A DNA stretch of 63,841 nucleotides, the filler included, from Phoronis australis (lineage: Eukaryota; Animalia; Phoronida), in NCBI GenBank assembly GCA_002633005.1. It is 7 parts of 7 records of this genome, joined end to end, with 100 filler letters (N's around TTAATTAATTAA, not from the genome) between each part and the next. Parts side by side here need not be neighbours in the genome. Positions count along the whole stretch, not along the records: positions 26,436 to 30,103 come from NMRA01002905.1; positions 30,204 to 33,516 come from NMRA01001479.1; positions 33,617 to 51,436 come from NMRA01000306.1; 4 more parts are not named here. One strand, written 5' to 3'. Shown piece after piece: positions 26,436 to 39,686 of the stretch; position 1 is the stretch's first letter; the number at the start of each line of letters is the position of its first letter. A program made the translations under genes and the position numbers. The notes under the pieces are model-generated. The model was not told the DNA's origin, searched no databases, and worked only from the letters and a program-made list of their open reading frames with translations.

Positions 26436-28951
26436 ACAGAGGGCAGCATTAGTTGTCATGACTTCATGGACGTCAGTTGCTATCCCTATTTGACAATTGC
26501 ATCATTTTTTGACCATAGAAAGAAAGATTAAAAAACAGACACTTGCCGCACAAAAGTAACATCTATAGGCATTATGTAAGCATCAACCACCATGCTAATT
26601 CAGTTAGCATTATTTGTAACGAATCTACACGTACATCAAGGAGTCATTGGCCTTTCAGGACCAGCATGCTACTGATTCTCTCAATAACATGCAGAGCTCA
26701 GTGACCCCACAACTATGGAGATGACCTACTTACTATTCCCTATATCTCTTGCTACTCTCATTTCACTTCATGGATGTGACTTGACTGGTATTTGACACTT
26801 GATGTCTTACTATCCTGATGATGTCTTATGAATAAACGAAACGTTGAATGAACATGAACTTTTTTATTTGCATGCCTATTTGCACCATAGATCATAGACA
26901 ACACATTCGCAACTGACAGTTTCTTGTGTACAATTCAAAAGGAGGCGCCACTCTCTTAAATTACCAAATTCAGTATCTGGTTAGTGTAATGCGATGGGAA
27001 ATTCTTGCATCTATTTTACTGTCCAGTACAATGAGAAAAAATAATTTTGGCATTGAAATGCCGTTTAAAGTCTTCCAATAACAGAGCTGTTGGCATTGTG
27101 TGTACTTTTGGCGCCCGACCACACAACAGCTGACTATGATTAGCAGACGACGTACTTGATGGAAGTAAAACTTGCTAATTTTGCTAGGTGTCGCTAGTGA
27201 ATAATAATGTCATGGCTTATGCGTAAGATCACAGATTTCGTCCACTGAAACTATAGAGACTCCGGACTTTTGCAAATAACATGCAACGATGTGCTTCTCT
27301 TGTGATGTGTGGCAACATTTTGAGACATGTTGCATTTAAGTGAGTTTCTTGGGTCTACAGAATGCAGGCCTGGATTGGTTGCTTGCCATGACTACCTGCA
27401 CCAGTCAAATTACCAGTCCACCCCTACCTACACAAGTAGGTTGCCATGACCACCCGCACCACTATCAACACTAGTTGATTACCATGCCTACCTACAGAGT
27501 CTCGCCGCTGTAACTACGGGATACTCGTGCTCTCCTTCTTCTGAATCAGCGCACACACTGTGCTCATCCACACGGGCATTGTGCCTGAAAGAGCATTGCA
27601 ACACCACTACAACTCACAAATAGTGTACATCGCATTTTTGGCTTGGGAGAGAGGAATCAGTCAGCGTACAGCTTGGAATATTATGGGTGATTGTAAATCA
27701 TCAGCGTTATTCACATGCAATAGGCCTTTTGAAACTGACATGCAGTGTTTAGTGAGTTCTTTGTGAACCCTTTTCTTATTCATACAATTGTCCCAGTTGC
27801 CTGTGAAAGTAAACTTAGCATAACAAAGGGTTTATGGCCCTGGCTGAAAAGATAATTGTTGTATTACCCCCTATGGGTTTTGAATAGCCCAGCCAGGAAT
27901 AGGATCTACTACCTGATGAAACAATGCAAAATAACGTATAAAAACATCCCATATGTCACAGTCACATTTTATTCCATGGAATAGTCGATAGTGACTAGAC
28001 TTTGAACAGCATAAAACCCAGTGTGAACATGGAATCCTGCTTAATGTCAAGATCACATATGCATGCACTTGGAATACACCATGAAACTTGGAAATTTCAC
28101 GCTGATAACAACTTGACAGCGCTAAAGCAAATTAATTGAAACAATAAATTTTACCCAACCTCTTTTCAACTATTGACGATCTTATTCACCAAAGAAAAAA
28201 TTACCATTGTCATTTTCCTGTGATTCTGTGACACAAGCTACGGTAAAGGAGGACATTGGTGATCGCGAGGCCAATAAATTTCACCTGATTGCCTTAATGA
28301 ATACTAGTATTGAATTCCAAGTTCATGCGTACGCCATCTTGAGATTATGGAGGATTCCAAGTTCAAGCAAAACAGTTTGCTTGCCATGCTGTGTTCCAAA
28401 TTGGGAATCGGACTTTACCGTCCCACTGTAAAGACTTCACTTGGAGTACCTAATAAATAAATTCAGTCAGCACATTTAAAGCTGCTATAAACCTCCTTTC
28501 CCTCTCCATAAATTTTATAAAAAACAAAATCCACCCCATTTCCATAACATCTGCAAAAGATAATCAAGACCACTTCACATTTAAAGGCCTGGGCTTCTTA
28601 GATCAGTCAAAATTAAGTCACCCTAATTCAATGGTAGATGTACACTTAATTCCTAGTCGTGATTGACAACATCTGTCACCATGGCAACTGTCACTATGAC
28701 AGCTGTCACCATGACAAAGGAAATTTTGATAATTAAATCTCACCAATTTTGGAGGCTTCTAATGTCGTGATTGCCCAGAATTTCTCAGAATTATTTTTCT
28801 CTGATCGTAGCTATGCAATAGACCTTTAAAAATGATAAATTCACTTATCTTTTACAAGAAAAAACAAATTTCAAATTCACTGAGATTTTACCGTACAACT
28901 TGATACAGTTGATTAGTTTACCAAAATCTCAGTATTTAGACAACATCTCAC

Positions 28952-29163
28952 TCAAGTAATAATTTCACAACATCCACGTTGTTGGAGTACACTGCCATGT
29001 TAAGTGGAGTCATCCCGTGAAGTCTTTTGTTTGGATCAACGTCATTATTCTCCAGCAGAGCCTTCACGTCTTCAACACGACGCTCTTGAATGGCTAACTT
29101 GAATTGCTTGGTCTTCGCAACACCGGACGATGNTCCACCAATACTGGCTGTTCTCTCAGCCAT
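28952..29163 (-). CDS. Probable first coding exon of an ankyrin-repeat protein
   Basis: FKLAIQERRVEDVKALLENNDVDPN and GMTPLNMAVYSNNVDVVKLLL are ankyrin-like helix-turn-helix repeats (G-x-TPL-x-x-A). The exon ends at a GTGAGA donor in phase 2. The N at 29133 makes the N-terminal frame less certain. A candidate upstream non-coding exon donor (AG|GTAAG) lies near 30008. Confidence 0.8.
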
Positions 29164-29369
29164 TTATCACTGCAAGATTTCAAACACTCTAATCATAGGA
29201 AAGTTATTTCCAGCATGGCTTATCTACTAATTATGCACATCACTGACTCACAAATAGAAGCTGTGCCTGAAAGAACGTGAATACTAATATAAAAGCTGTC
29301 CTGCTGAAGGGTCCCTAATCCCTATACACTGATCACCGTCTGTAGCTGGCTCAGTAGACACGGTGTAGC

Positions 29370-29503
29370 CAGGGGTGGATCCAGGATTTTTATTAGCGGG
29401 GGGCCCGGGGATTTCGGCCATCAGCCATTCACACCCTCGAGCTGCCAAATGGAATTTGGGAAAGTTTAAGGGTGGTCCATGGCCCCCTCTAAATCCGCTG
29501 CTG
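29370..29503. mobile_element. Short MITE (134 bp) with CAG...CTG ends and a 5-bp TSD (GTAGC)
   Basis: GTAGC|CAGGGGTGGATCCAGGATTTT...CCCCTCTAAATCCGCTGCTG|GTAGC. Same family as 5621-5779. Confidence 0.75.
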
Positions 29504-29525
29504 GTAGCTCCTATACTATAGCCTA

Positions 29526-29760
29526 AGAGCTTCATACGCCCGAAGTTTTTCAGCGAATTATGCCTCACACTGACTAAAACATCACAGTCACATTGTTATA
29601 AGTAATTTCTGTGCATAGAGCTAGAGGGACACCTTTAGGAGCTCGTCGATGTCTTTAATTCCGTCTCACTTGAACATACACTCCTGTTATTAAACTTCTT
29701 GTTCGAGCAGTCCCTCGATCAGGTCCAAAAATCGGCAAATGGCAATTTCTACACTGCAAA
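29526..29760 (+). mobile_element. Fragment of the foldback repeat family found in contig G
   Basis: AAGAGCTTCATACGCCCGAAG...AATTATGCCTCACACTGACTAAAAC...ACTCCTGTTATTAAACTT...TCGAGCAGTCC matches about 60868-61090. Confidence 0.75.
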
Positions 29761-30103
29761 CTCCAGGGGATATGATGTCATACCACCCGTCTAAAGCAGT
29801 AATGGGTCGCTTGACTATCATGTGACAAAAATAAATACCCCCTCACACTCCCACTGCCACTGGCTTCACTTTCAGAGACAGCTTGTCTGACTAAAGCAAG
29901 ACCAAGAGCTAGCTCTTTTGCTGCAGTGTAATAACTGATGAAACAACTAGCGTTTTCGTCATTCATGTACAAACCACACTACACAGACATCGTCGGACCT
30001 TGGCTTACCTGCTTTTGCCTTTGGTGCTTTAAAGTGTAAATTGCAAGGTCTAAGTATGTTAAATTGTAATAATATTTTCAAGATATTGTTAGTTGGATAT
30101 ATC

Positions 30104-30203
30104 NNNNNNNNNNNNNNNNNNNNNNNNNNNNNNNNNNNNNNNNNNNNTTAATTAATTAANNNNNNNNNNNNNNNNNNNNNNNNNNNNNNNNNNNNNNNNN
30201 NNN
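30104..30203. other. Artificial contig-joining spacer
   Basis: N44-TTAATTAATTAA-N44. Confidence 0.99.
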
Positions 30204-30563
30204 TATCACGTTCAGAGCTATGGATTGTGCATTCGTGCCTTTTTAGTAGACTTTTGTCTCGTTTTCTCGGACTTTCTGTTTACCTGAGGCGGACCTTTTT
30301 GCCCACTACGCCAAATGGGGGGGGGGCTCCTTTGAGCCCCTCGAGCACCCCGAGTGGTCACATGTTGTGTATACATGTATGTGAGTTTCGTGGCCGAGTT
30401 TGTAATTGATGAGCCCGGTATCCGTGCTACAAATTCGACATTTCGAGTAAAAACTCGCAATTTCGAGTTCAGTATCGAAATTTTAGCCTTAATTCTGGCG
30501 TCATCAATTGCAAACTTGGATTAAAAAATTATCCACGTAAGCCACTAATTACTAAACCACAAA

Positions 30564-30845
30564 ATACCAGAAATTTATCATGAGCTCACTCAAAATAACA
30601 GACATTTATCATGAGCTCACTCAAAATACCAGACATTTATCATGAGCTCACTCAAAATACCAGACATTTATCATGAGCTCACTCAAAATACCAGACATTT
30701 ATCATGAGCTCGCACAAATACCAGACATTTATCATGAGCTCACTCAAAATACCAGACATTTATCATGAGCTCACTCAAAATACCAGACATTTATCATGAG
30801 CTCGCACAAATACCAGACATTTATCACGAGCTCGCACAAAATACC
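30564..30845. repeat. Minisatellite, 31-bp unit, about 9 copies, inside a TCGAG-rich interspersed repeat
   Basis: Unit CAGACATTTATCATGAGCTCACTCAAAATAC. The flank 30420-30540 resembles 33395-33506 (TCGAGTAAAAACTCG.AATTTCGAGTTCA...AAATTATC.ACGTAAG). Confidence 0.9.
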
Positions 30846-33516
30846 TGACCTACACTGTATATCTTGATCTCGCACAAAATAGAATTGAAAATAACAAAAA
30901 CAGTTTCGAGTTCGCTTTTGAGGAAAAATAGTTTCCGGATCCTGATTTACTAACGTTCATTAAGCTAAACTATACAATTAAGGACAGATAGTGTAAGAGT
31001 GTAATTAGATACCTACCGAGGGCAGCCAGGAAACTTACTATAGTAAGTTCTTGCATGTTATTTGATGAATACTTTTCAGAGCAATAATCGGCTGTGATCA
31101 TACCTTTAAAAGGAATAGATGAAATGAAATATAACTGCAGAATTGGACTTGCACTATGAATTTTAGTTATTCCATGTCTAATTACTCTGGTATTACTCAT
31201 TCTATTAAGAACGTAAATAAATAACTATTTTACGTTTTGAAAAGGAGTATGGTGGCAACTGTCTTCAATGTTTGAATTAATACAACTGTGTTTCAATGGC
31301 GGCGCGTTTCCATGGATGTTCCTGCCGAAATATGCCACAATTAAGCAGTTCGTTGTATCGTTTCAAGCAAAACCAGATATTAAACTTTTGAGAATACAAG
31401 TCACCGTTTTTGATCACTGAGGATCTCAGTGTTCGTGTAACGGCCGAACAAACTGTCTTCGCACTTACCGTGCTGTTCTCAGCAAAATGAAAAGTGGCCC
31501 AATGTTCGACTCATGTAACTAAGACTCCCTTTTTATGGTACCACCTAACCCATTATATGTTTATTGGCGAGACATGTGGCTGTGCCCCAGTGTAACATAT
31601 GGAATTGTAAGTGCCTTTAAAAAGCACCTTTATTGTTCAATGTGACAGATAATTCTGTCGTAAAATTTTATTTGTCAGAAATGGAAAATTGATCGCATGT
31701 GCCCAGTTTTCAATGATTTTAAACTTTGGTTTTGGCAACCGTCTCGTTGGTGAGGAAGGTTTATACCACGTAAACATGTATTAAAACATTGTTTGACGTA
31801 TCAAGACGGCGTCATTGAATATAACGTATTTTAATGATTAATGTGGTTACATTTTGCATCACGAAAACAATGTTTGATTTCAATTACTTACCGTGACATT
31901 CTGTCTTATTCAATTTGGATATCATTCAGACAAAACAGGCTCCACAAGATGGCTACTATCATTGTAGACTTTATTTAACGAGGATACATTATAAATATAC
32001 AAAACATGCTTAGCAAGTGCTAAAATACAGCACGGTCCTCGGTGTGATTAAATAAATAAGTAAATACTACGCACATATACTCACTTGCCTTGTTGACTTT
32101 TGCTCACATATTATTACTTTTCAAGCAATTAACGTACATTTCTCGGTGATATCTCGACTCCCGGCCATTTTTGTATTCACTTGCGAAGTTCAAACATGGA
32201 CTGAGCTGTGAATTGTATTATACCGTTCACAGGTAGTCCGATATTCAGCACTATATGTTTCAAATGACTCGTGGGATGCCTCACTTAAAAAAAAAAATAT
32301 CGGGTAGCTAACTTGTGTTTTTTGATAGAGTCTGTGATTGTTTGGAATAAGAAAGTTTCAAGGCACAGAACGAGTGAAAATGCACTGTAAAACATATTTA
32401 TGAACTCCGTGAGTTTCGTTTTTTAATTACCAGTGGGTATACGTGGTTGGGTTGTTCGATGTGGACATTTTCATACCCTAAAGGACATGCGCTTGATCGA
32501 ACGGTATTGGCGACGTACATAATGTACTCATGTGTCTTTTGCCAACCGGTCAATTGTTGATCGTGCATAACCGGTGTCATTCATGTACACAGTTCCTTCT
32601 TCATCGTTATACTGAAACCTTGTGGTCAGTAATTGCACAAGTAGTCTAACTAGTTAGTTCAAGAATACAGTACAACCCCTAGGTTGAGAATTACATACTG
32701 CAACAAAATCGATGAGTACAGGCCGTCTTCCATTCGCTCCGTGATGTCCATGTAAAAACTATTTAGCTATTGATGTCGCGAAGCAACGCATTCGCAGTTG
32801 CGTAGAATGTAAGTCGCCCGCAGCGGTTATTTCACGTGTGTGCTGGGCGTCAAGAGTGACTCATAGAAATGCAAATCGTCAAACACCTTTACATCAGTGC
32901 AGACCAGACTTAAAAATTTCGTGACCCTTACAGTTTTTTGATTGAGAAAACCCGTTTCTGTAATGAAGGTAAGTCGATTCCATAAAATTAATGAATTGCA
33001 TACAGGAATTTTGCCGTCCGGGTTCTAGTCCGACAGTTTGGTAGCATGCATGATACTGCATGAGGCCACAACTTTCTGGTGGCCCTTGTACTGTAACTGC
33101 GTCTTAGCCATGATAACCTGAAACTTGTATTGAGAAAAGCGTGAACCGTGATTTTAACTTGAAGTTACTGCGAACGGGGTGTTTATGTCCCGTGATCGAA
33201 TAAAACATGAGCAGGCGACGACCTGGGCCCGGTCTCTAATCTTTGTACTCGAAACGAACTCGAAACTATTTTTGGCAATTTCTCTGCTCCTTTTGTGCAA
33301 ACTTAAGGTAATTGGTTATCAGTCTGTGCTCGAATACATTATAGTTTATGCATAGCAGTTTCTAGTTCAAGTTTGCCCTTGAAGACCCTTTTATTCGTGA
33401 TACAAACTCGAGTAAAAACTCGAAATTTCGAGTTCAAACTCGAACTTATTGCTTTAATATTGGGTTTACAAACTGTGAACTAAGAGCAATAAATTATCTA
33501 CGTAAGTTATAGTGTA

Positions 33517-33616
33517 NNNNNNNNNNNNNNNNNNNNNNNNNNNNNNNNNNNNNNNNNNNNTTAATTAATTAANNNNNNNNNNNNNNNNNNNNNNNNNNNN
33601 NNNNNNNNNNNNNNNN
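33517..33616. other. Artificial contig-joining spacer
   Basis: N44-TTAATTAATTAA-N44. Confidence 0.99.
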
Positions 33617-33805
33617 ATCACATACAGGTCTGGCACATCACATACAGGTCTGGCACATTACATACAGGTCTGGCACATTACATACACGTCTGGCACATCA
33701 CATACAGGTCTGGCACATTACATACACGTCTGGCACATTACATACACATCTGGCACATTACATACACGTCTGGCACATGACATACAGGTCTGGCACATTA
33801 CACAC
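33617..33805. repeat. Minisatellite, 20-bp unit (CATACAGGTCTGGCACATTA), about 9 copies
   Basis: Direct inspection; it lies at the contig edge. Confidence 0.95.
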
Positions 33806-35181
33806 AGATTCAAAGGAAACTTTCAGATATTACACTTCCTACACTGTTCACAAATCCACTTCCACATGATGGGCTATCAAACAATAAAACTAACGGGATA
33901 TTCAGGCTGCCTGCAGTTTTAGTTCTATAGGTTATGTTTTGCTGTTCCATTTGTTTACTAGCAAGGGGTCAATCTAGAGATGAAGGAATTCATTTACAAG
34001 AGAATAGTGGAGGATATTGTGGAAGAATGTGCCATAGTCATTAAAAATACATTACCATAGTCTAGAATAAAGTGCTGTGTTTGTTTACTGGTAAAAAGTT
34101 GCAATACATTGTAGGAGACTACAAATATTAGAGTATGGATAGAGAGAGCCAGTTGAGTTGAGGTTGAGTTCAAGTTAACTTGTGCTGATGTTCAGTTAAA
34201 GTTGAATGGTAATGCAGTTACGGAATCACTAGTTACAGTGTTTGTCAATAGAGGGCCAGCTATAGAGACAGCAGGTTACTGAATCGGCGAATGAAACAAG
34301 AGCTGGAAGTTCATCACAAGTCAGAGCTTTACACCACAGGCTCAGTATATGACAGATATAATGTCGCACATTTTGTATGAGTAAACTTACAGTGAGGGTC
34401 GAGGTTAATAAAGTGAGTAACTCGAACCAGTCTTCAGTCTATCATCACAACGAAAGCTATTAGCAACCTGCGACCGCCCAAGGTAAAATGTGACATAGAC
34501 AAACACTCAGAGTTGTACAAAACAAAAACACAATGGTAATCTAGAAAATGGTACCAGGGTTTTAGTCTTCTTGAACATTTATACAAAAAGAAACTTGGTT
34601 GGGTTATGAATGTCACTGTTTTGATAAGCGTTTCTGAGAACATTTGAAGATGCAAACGACCTAGAAAATAAGACCACTGCCTTACATTCATGTATGTAAT
34701 GTGCCATGCTATTTTATCAGATATAGGCCTCACTGAAAAAGATGATATTTACACAAAAATATAGGCAGTTATCATTTTTTATTTTTGACAATCATCCATG
34801 TTCAAAATGTTAAGTAAGGTCTACAATTATGAAATTTCTTTGGCTAAAAGCATTCCACACTGAATAAAAATACAACAGAAAACAAACATTATTCACTGAC
34901 GCCAGACTGCACATAATCCGGACTATAAGGCCCTTACAATCGAGTACAAGGCCATACTCTGCTATTAGGCCATTGCCTAATATTCCAAGTAATAGGGTAT
35001 CCATGGTCTATAAAGAGAAAAATAGACTGCAAGTCGAGACTATGGCACAGTCATGAGACTCTTGAACAAAACCCAGTTTAAATAGGCAAAAAAAATCTCT
35101 CATGGGGGAAAATGGCAGCAGGAGAGTGTCAGTAGCGCCATCATGTGAGGGAGAGTGCTGTTAGTGTTGACTGTGGCTTAC

Positions 35182-35274
35182 CAATATGGAGAAATATCCA
35201 TCTTCTTCTGAGCTGAACTGATCTTGCCAAACCATCTTGGAGTAAAACTGCTCTATCACGGATATGCAACGATC
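35182..35274 (-). CDS. Unidentified coiled-coil gene, exon DRCISVIEQFYSKMVWQDQFSSEEDGYFSIL
   Basis: cttgctAG acceptor and GTAAGC donor; 93 nt, phase 0 to 0, in frame with the previous exon. Confidence 0.8.
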
Positions 35275-36068
35275 CTAGCAAGATGAAAATAATAAACACA
35301 TAATGAAGTAACTGTGTGTAACACTTAAACATGTAAACTTGAACCTTTAGGTGAAAAACAAATTTTGCTTTCTAACAAATGAGTGCAGAACAACTTAATT
35401 TTCTACCGAAAACAATTTCAACTTCTGTATGTCATAAGACTAAAACAAAGTTTAACTTCAGTTAGAGCTAACTGAATTTTGTCTCTCCTCGAAATACTAA
35501 CCATAAAACATGCACAACTCAAAAACATTTTATTAGTAGTCTTTTAAATTATGAATTGCGTCTTTTCAATTCTGAAAACAAACGAAATTCCCAACAAAAA
35601 TATGAGTCAGTGCATTTTAACAGTGGAAGTGGTAGTAGAACATTTTAACCAGTGACCTACCAACCTCAGAGGAGTTGAGGGCAGGATGAGTGGCAGAAAC
35701 AAACAAAAGTCTAAACACACACAATTTTCCCACTGTGGTTACTTATTAATCCACTTACCAAAAATATCACAATTAAATTGTAGACTTTGTTTAGCCGGTT
35801 AAATAACAAAACCAAATAAATTTTACTCTCATAAAATAGGATTTTATTTCGGAATCAGTTACCAATTCAAAGTCAGGGAAAATGTGTTGTGTGCAGCATT
35901 TTGGAATTTGTAATTTTCTTGAGTTGATGAAGGTTTCCACGTTAAATAGAATCCTATCACAGCCAGGAACATCACAAGAAAAATTTTGTGAGAGTAATCT
36001 GATTTTCGTTTTTAGCCAGACTAATCAGAGCAAACTGCAACTTCAAAACAGTAGTGAACATAATTTAC

Positions 36069-36149
36069 CTTTGCCAATGGTCGTGGAATTAACCGCTCAA
36101 GAGTTGTGCGAGTCTTGTAATCTTCCCACAGTTTGATAAAGGAATGTTT
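36069..36149 (-). CDS. Unidentified coiled-coil gene, exon KHSFIKLWEDYKTRTTLERLIPRPLAK
   Basis: tttcgtAG acceptor and GTAAAT donor; 81 nt, phase 0 to 0. Confidence 0.8.
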
Positions 36150-36990
36150 CTACGAAAGCAGGAACAAAAATTACAGCCTAACATACCTTTGAATAAATTG
36201 ATGCCACTTAACAATTTTTATGATGGACAAGTCATACAATAATACCAGATGATGTCAGAGCAGATTTTGTTGCTCAGATATGATGTTAACTCCATTTCTT
36301 GGCAGTGATGTTACCTATAATAGTATTTACATAGTATTCTCATGAAAAAAGAGCAGATGACATCTTTATCTTGAGATCTTTATCTCAAGGCATTCTGTTT
36401 ACACTCTAAGCACCATTATTACAACCAATTAGCAGACGGCCATGGCAAGCACGGGACTATGTTTTTGGAATGTGAGTGACGAAGCAATGTCATACAAAAA
36501 TTCAGTAAATTATAGTGATACATTACAATGATTAACAATTAATTTGTACATTTTTAGCAAAATCTTTTTGAGGCAAGAAATATTCTTGAGGTGCCCGCAA
36601 TCACCATGCAAAAGTGAATGCCTTAAAATTGCCATAAATACGTATAGCTTCACAAAACCTAAGATCACGACTCTTTAAAAACAAAAAAAAACGATCATCA
36701 CTGTTGTTTTTGATATGAAACATTTAGTCAAGCAAGCATGACGCTGGACCAATGGCTAATGATGCTTCTAGTCACGTCACTGATGATTCGGCTGTTTCAG
36801 AGGAGATGTTGTTTAATGGAAATGACAAATAATTTTAAATCCTTTCAGAATTATTTCAATTTTAATTTACATATCCTCATTTGGTGTCTAGAATCACAAA
36901 TAATTTATAACAATAAACACTTCATATATTCATATGAACAAATTTGTAAATACACAAAATGTACCAACTAGACTGGTTACCAAATCTCAC

Positions 36991-37135
36991 CATGTGTGCT
37001 TCAGTGGTGCCCATGGCAGAGGGAGCTTCACTACCGCCACCTGGTGTGCTCATAGATGTACTCTGGCGACTGAACGGATATTTGTCTTCAGGAATGTAAA
37101 CAGATGTGTCCGCAGTTATTGGCTTGACCAGTTGA
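36991..37135 (-). CDS. Unidentified coiled-coil gene, exon QLVKPITADTSVYIPEDKYPFSRQ...TTEAHM
   Basis: ctcctctAG acceptor and GTGAGA donor; 145 nt, phase 2 to 0. Confidence 0.8.
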
Positions 37136-37786
37136 CTAGAGGAGAGACAATTTCAGTAGATTATGGAAAAAAATGTGCTTTAGATATTAAAATTTGTATA
37201 AGTAATTCTCTACCTTTGAGCATTTTGACAAAACTAAATTCACAAGAGTTTTGGAGCAAGAAGCAAAAGCCTGCACTTTCTTTCCAAAATGCACATCAAC
37301 TAGAAATAGATTTTTATCTCAGGAAAAGAAAGTTAACTATGGCTCTTTCAGTTGAACTATAAACACAGTCATGTTCTGTTGAAATTATAACTTTTGACTT
37401 AAACCAGTTACCTTTATAAAACTGATCTGAACTTGTTCTAAACTCATATGAGAAGTGATTTCTGGGCTTGGGGTAAAACGGCAATTCATTATCATTTGAG
37501 ACCATGATGCTCAGTGAATACACTGACTAGTTATGATGTCAACAAGTCAACTTTCAGAGCATGCCACTGGTCTCAAACAAGCTCTTTTCAAGCTCAGATT
37601 TCACCTCCAATTTGACCAAGGAACAATATGAGACCAATTATATAATGGCAAGTAATCTAAATCAAAAGTTGGTTTGAGTGACAGCAGGCAATTATTTGAC
37701 TCTACACAATGAGTAATGAATGCAAACACATCACAATTTTTCACAAAATGAAGAATATTTGACAAATGTTGTGAACCTGTACTTAC

Positions 37787-37902
37787 TCAATGACTTCTCT
37801 GTTAATTCGAACCCTGGGCCGGGTCACTTTGATGTGGCTCACCTCATGGGGCATGATGAACACTTTCTCCTCAAGGACGGTCTTGTGGGGGCACAGCACC
37901 GT
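37787..37902 (-). CDS. Unidentified coiled-coil gene, exon TVLCPHKTVLEEKVFIMPHEVSHIKVTRPRVRINREVI(D)
   Basis: ttcctgtAG acceptor and GTAAGT donor; 116 nt, phase 0 to 2; GC3-rich coding composition. Confidence 0.85.
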
Positions 37903-37936
37903 CTACAGGAAGTCAGGGTTAGAAAAATTGTTAGGC

Positions 37937-38162
37937 ACACATGATATCAGCCATAGGTACACATGACATCAGCCATAAGTACATATCATATCAGCCATAG
38001 GTACACATGACATCAGCCATAAGTACATATCATATCAGCCATAGGTACACATGACATCAGCCATAAGTACATATCATATCAGCCATAGGTACACATGACA
38101 TCAGCCATAAGTACATATCATATCAGCCATAGCTACACATGATATCAGTCATAGGTACACAT
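37937..38162. repeat. Minisatellite, 22-bp unit with a 44-bp higher-order alternation
   Basis: CACATGACATCAGCCATAAGTA alternates with CATATCATATCAGCCATAGGTA. Confidence 0.92.
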
Positions 38163-39031
38163 ATTAATGACAGTGAGATGACAAAGAAGGGGACTGACTT
38201 TTAAGCATAGTAAACGAATGTCTTAAGAGTTCATATGATGACTCCATGAGTCAAAACTCGAAAACTGATGCTTTTCAGTAATATCAGTTATTATTAACCC
38301 TACAATCTTGCCAATTTCAGACTAAACAATAGCTAAAATTGCCCATTTTTCATTTTTCCAGAGCTTCAAGTATCAATGTGAATGTTCACAATTTTACAAA
38401 ATGTTGTCAGATGGGACATAAATTAAAGCAGCAATAATGCTGCATTCTGTCAAAGAAACAAAATTTTGAATTAAAGCACTTACCATTGTAAAATTGGTCA
38501 AAATTTGTTCCTTATTCAGGTGAGAAGTGATTTTTAGACTAGTAAAGGACTGAGAGCTCATTATTCCTTGAGACCATACTCGCCGCAACAATCCAAGTTG
38601 AAGAGCCGTGTCTCAAGCAATAACCAACTATCAGATGAGTTCTTAAGTAGCCCTGAAATTACCTAGAGGAAGAATTTGAAGCCAATTTCAAGACAGAAAG
38701 TGGTCTTAATCAAAAGTTGCTTTTTGTGATGGAAGACAGGTTTAGAACTGCTTTACATATATGGTTGTCAAAAACATTTTATGTAGTGCTCTTACACGAA
38801 AAAAGGCAAAAATATAAAAATCACTCGACAACTTTTGTGCGATATTTTACCGTACTATAATAAAAAATTCATTGGCATATCCACAACAGAAAGATATAGC
38901 TTCATTTGCCAATCAGTTATCACAGCACAAAATTCACTTAAAGTTCCATGAAAGCAGCAGCCATGCTTCTATGCACTAGAAGAGTCACCAGCTGGTGCTT
39001 GCTGTAGTTCATCGAACTTATCAACACCCAC

Positions 39032-39210
39032 CTTGTCACCACAGCTCATGCAGTAACTTGCATCTTTAAACTCATGCCAAGTGCGCCCTCCGTTGGACGA
39101 AGTGAACATCATGGCGGAGTATTTGGAGAATATACGCTCGTGAGGGATGAAAGGGTCTTCTTTATTATCATCCTCGTCTTCATCTTCCAGACCAGCAGAC
39201 AAGACAGAGT
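39032..39210 (-). CDS. Unidentified coiled-coil gene, exon (D)SVLSAGLEDEDEDDNKEDPF...DASYCMSCGDK, copy 1
   Basis: tttcAG acceptor and GTGGGT donor; 179 nt, phase 1 to 0; joins TVLCPHK. Confidence 0.8.
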
Positions 39211-39295
39211 CTGAAAGAAAGGCTTCCTTTAGCAAAACCAGACATCTGCAAACAGCCTGGCTGTTGGTTGGTGACTGTGGTGAAAAACAGAACTG

Positions 39296-39392
39296 CAAAT
39301 GACACTGGTATGAACGACACTGGTATACATGACACTGGTATAAACGCCACTGGTATGAACGACACTGGAATAAATGACACTGATATATATGA
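39296..39392. repeat. 15-bp minisatellite (ATGACACTGGTATGA), short version
   Basis: About 6 copies; a longer version lies at 40971-41196. Confidence 0.9.
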
Positions 39393-39582
39393 CTAAAGTT
39401 GCTGTTTAACTCAGGTCAACACTTTGAATTTATTTACACAAAATGATACATCACAGAAATGGACAATGTAGCTTGTTTAGATTAGATAGTATTACGTTAT
39501 TTGTTTGTCACAAGAACCCTAAAAGTTTGTGAAGCATTAAGTATTGCTGCAAATTGAAATATCCTAAAATTGCTCTTATTAC

Positions 39583-39686
39583 CTTTGCCTGTGCTGTGAG
39601 GTCGACCACTTATGACAGCCCTCTTCATGTCGTCAAATTCTTTTACTGAAGCCCTACGTGCTGCTTCTTTGGTGGAAAGTACTTTG
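39583..39686 (-). CDS. Unidentified coiled-coil gene, exon KVLSTKEAARRASVKEFDDMKRAVISGRPHSTGK, copy 1
   Basis: gtttacAG acceptor and GTAATA donor; 104 nt, phase 2 to 1. Confidence 0.75.

Noticed and set aside
30564-30845. CRISPR-like regular repeats (also 8950-9385, 14158-14501, 42943-43356)
   Set aside because: Units are contiguous with no unique spacers, there are no cas genes, and the context is eukaryotic.
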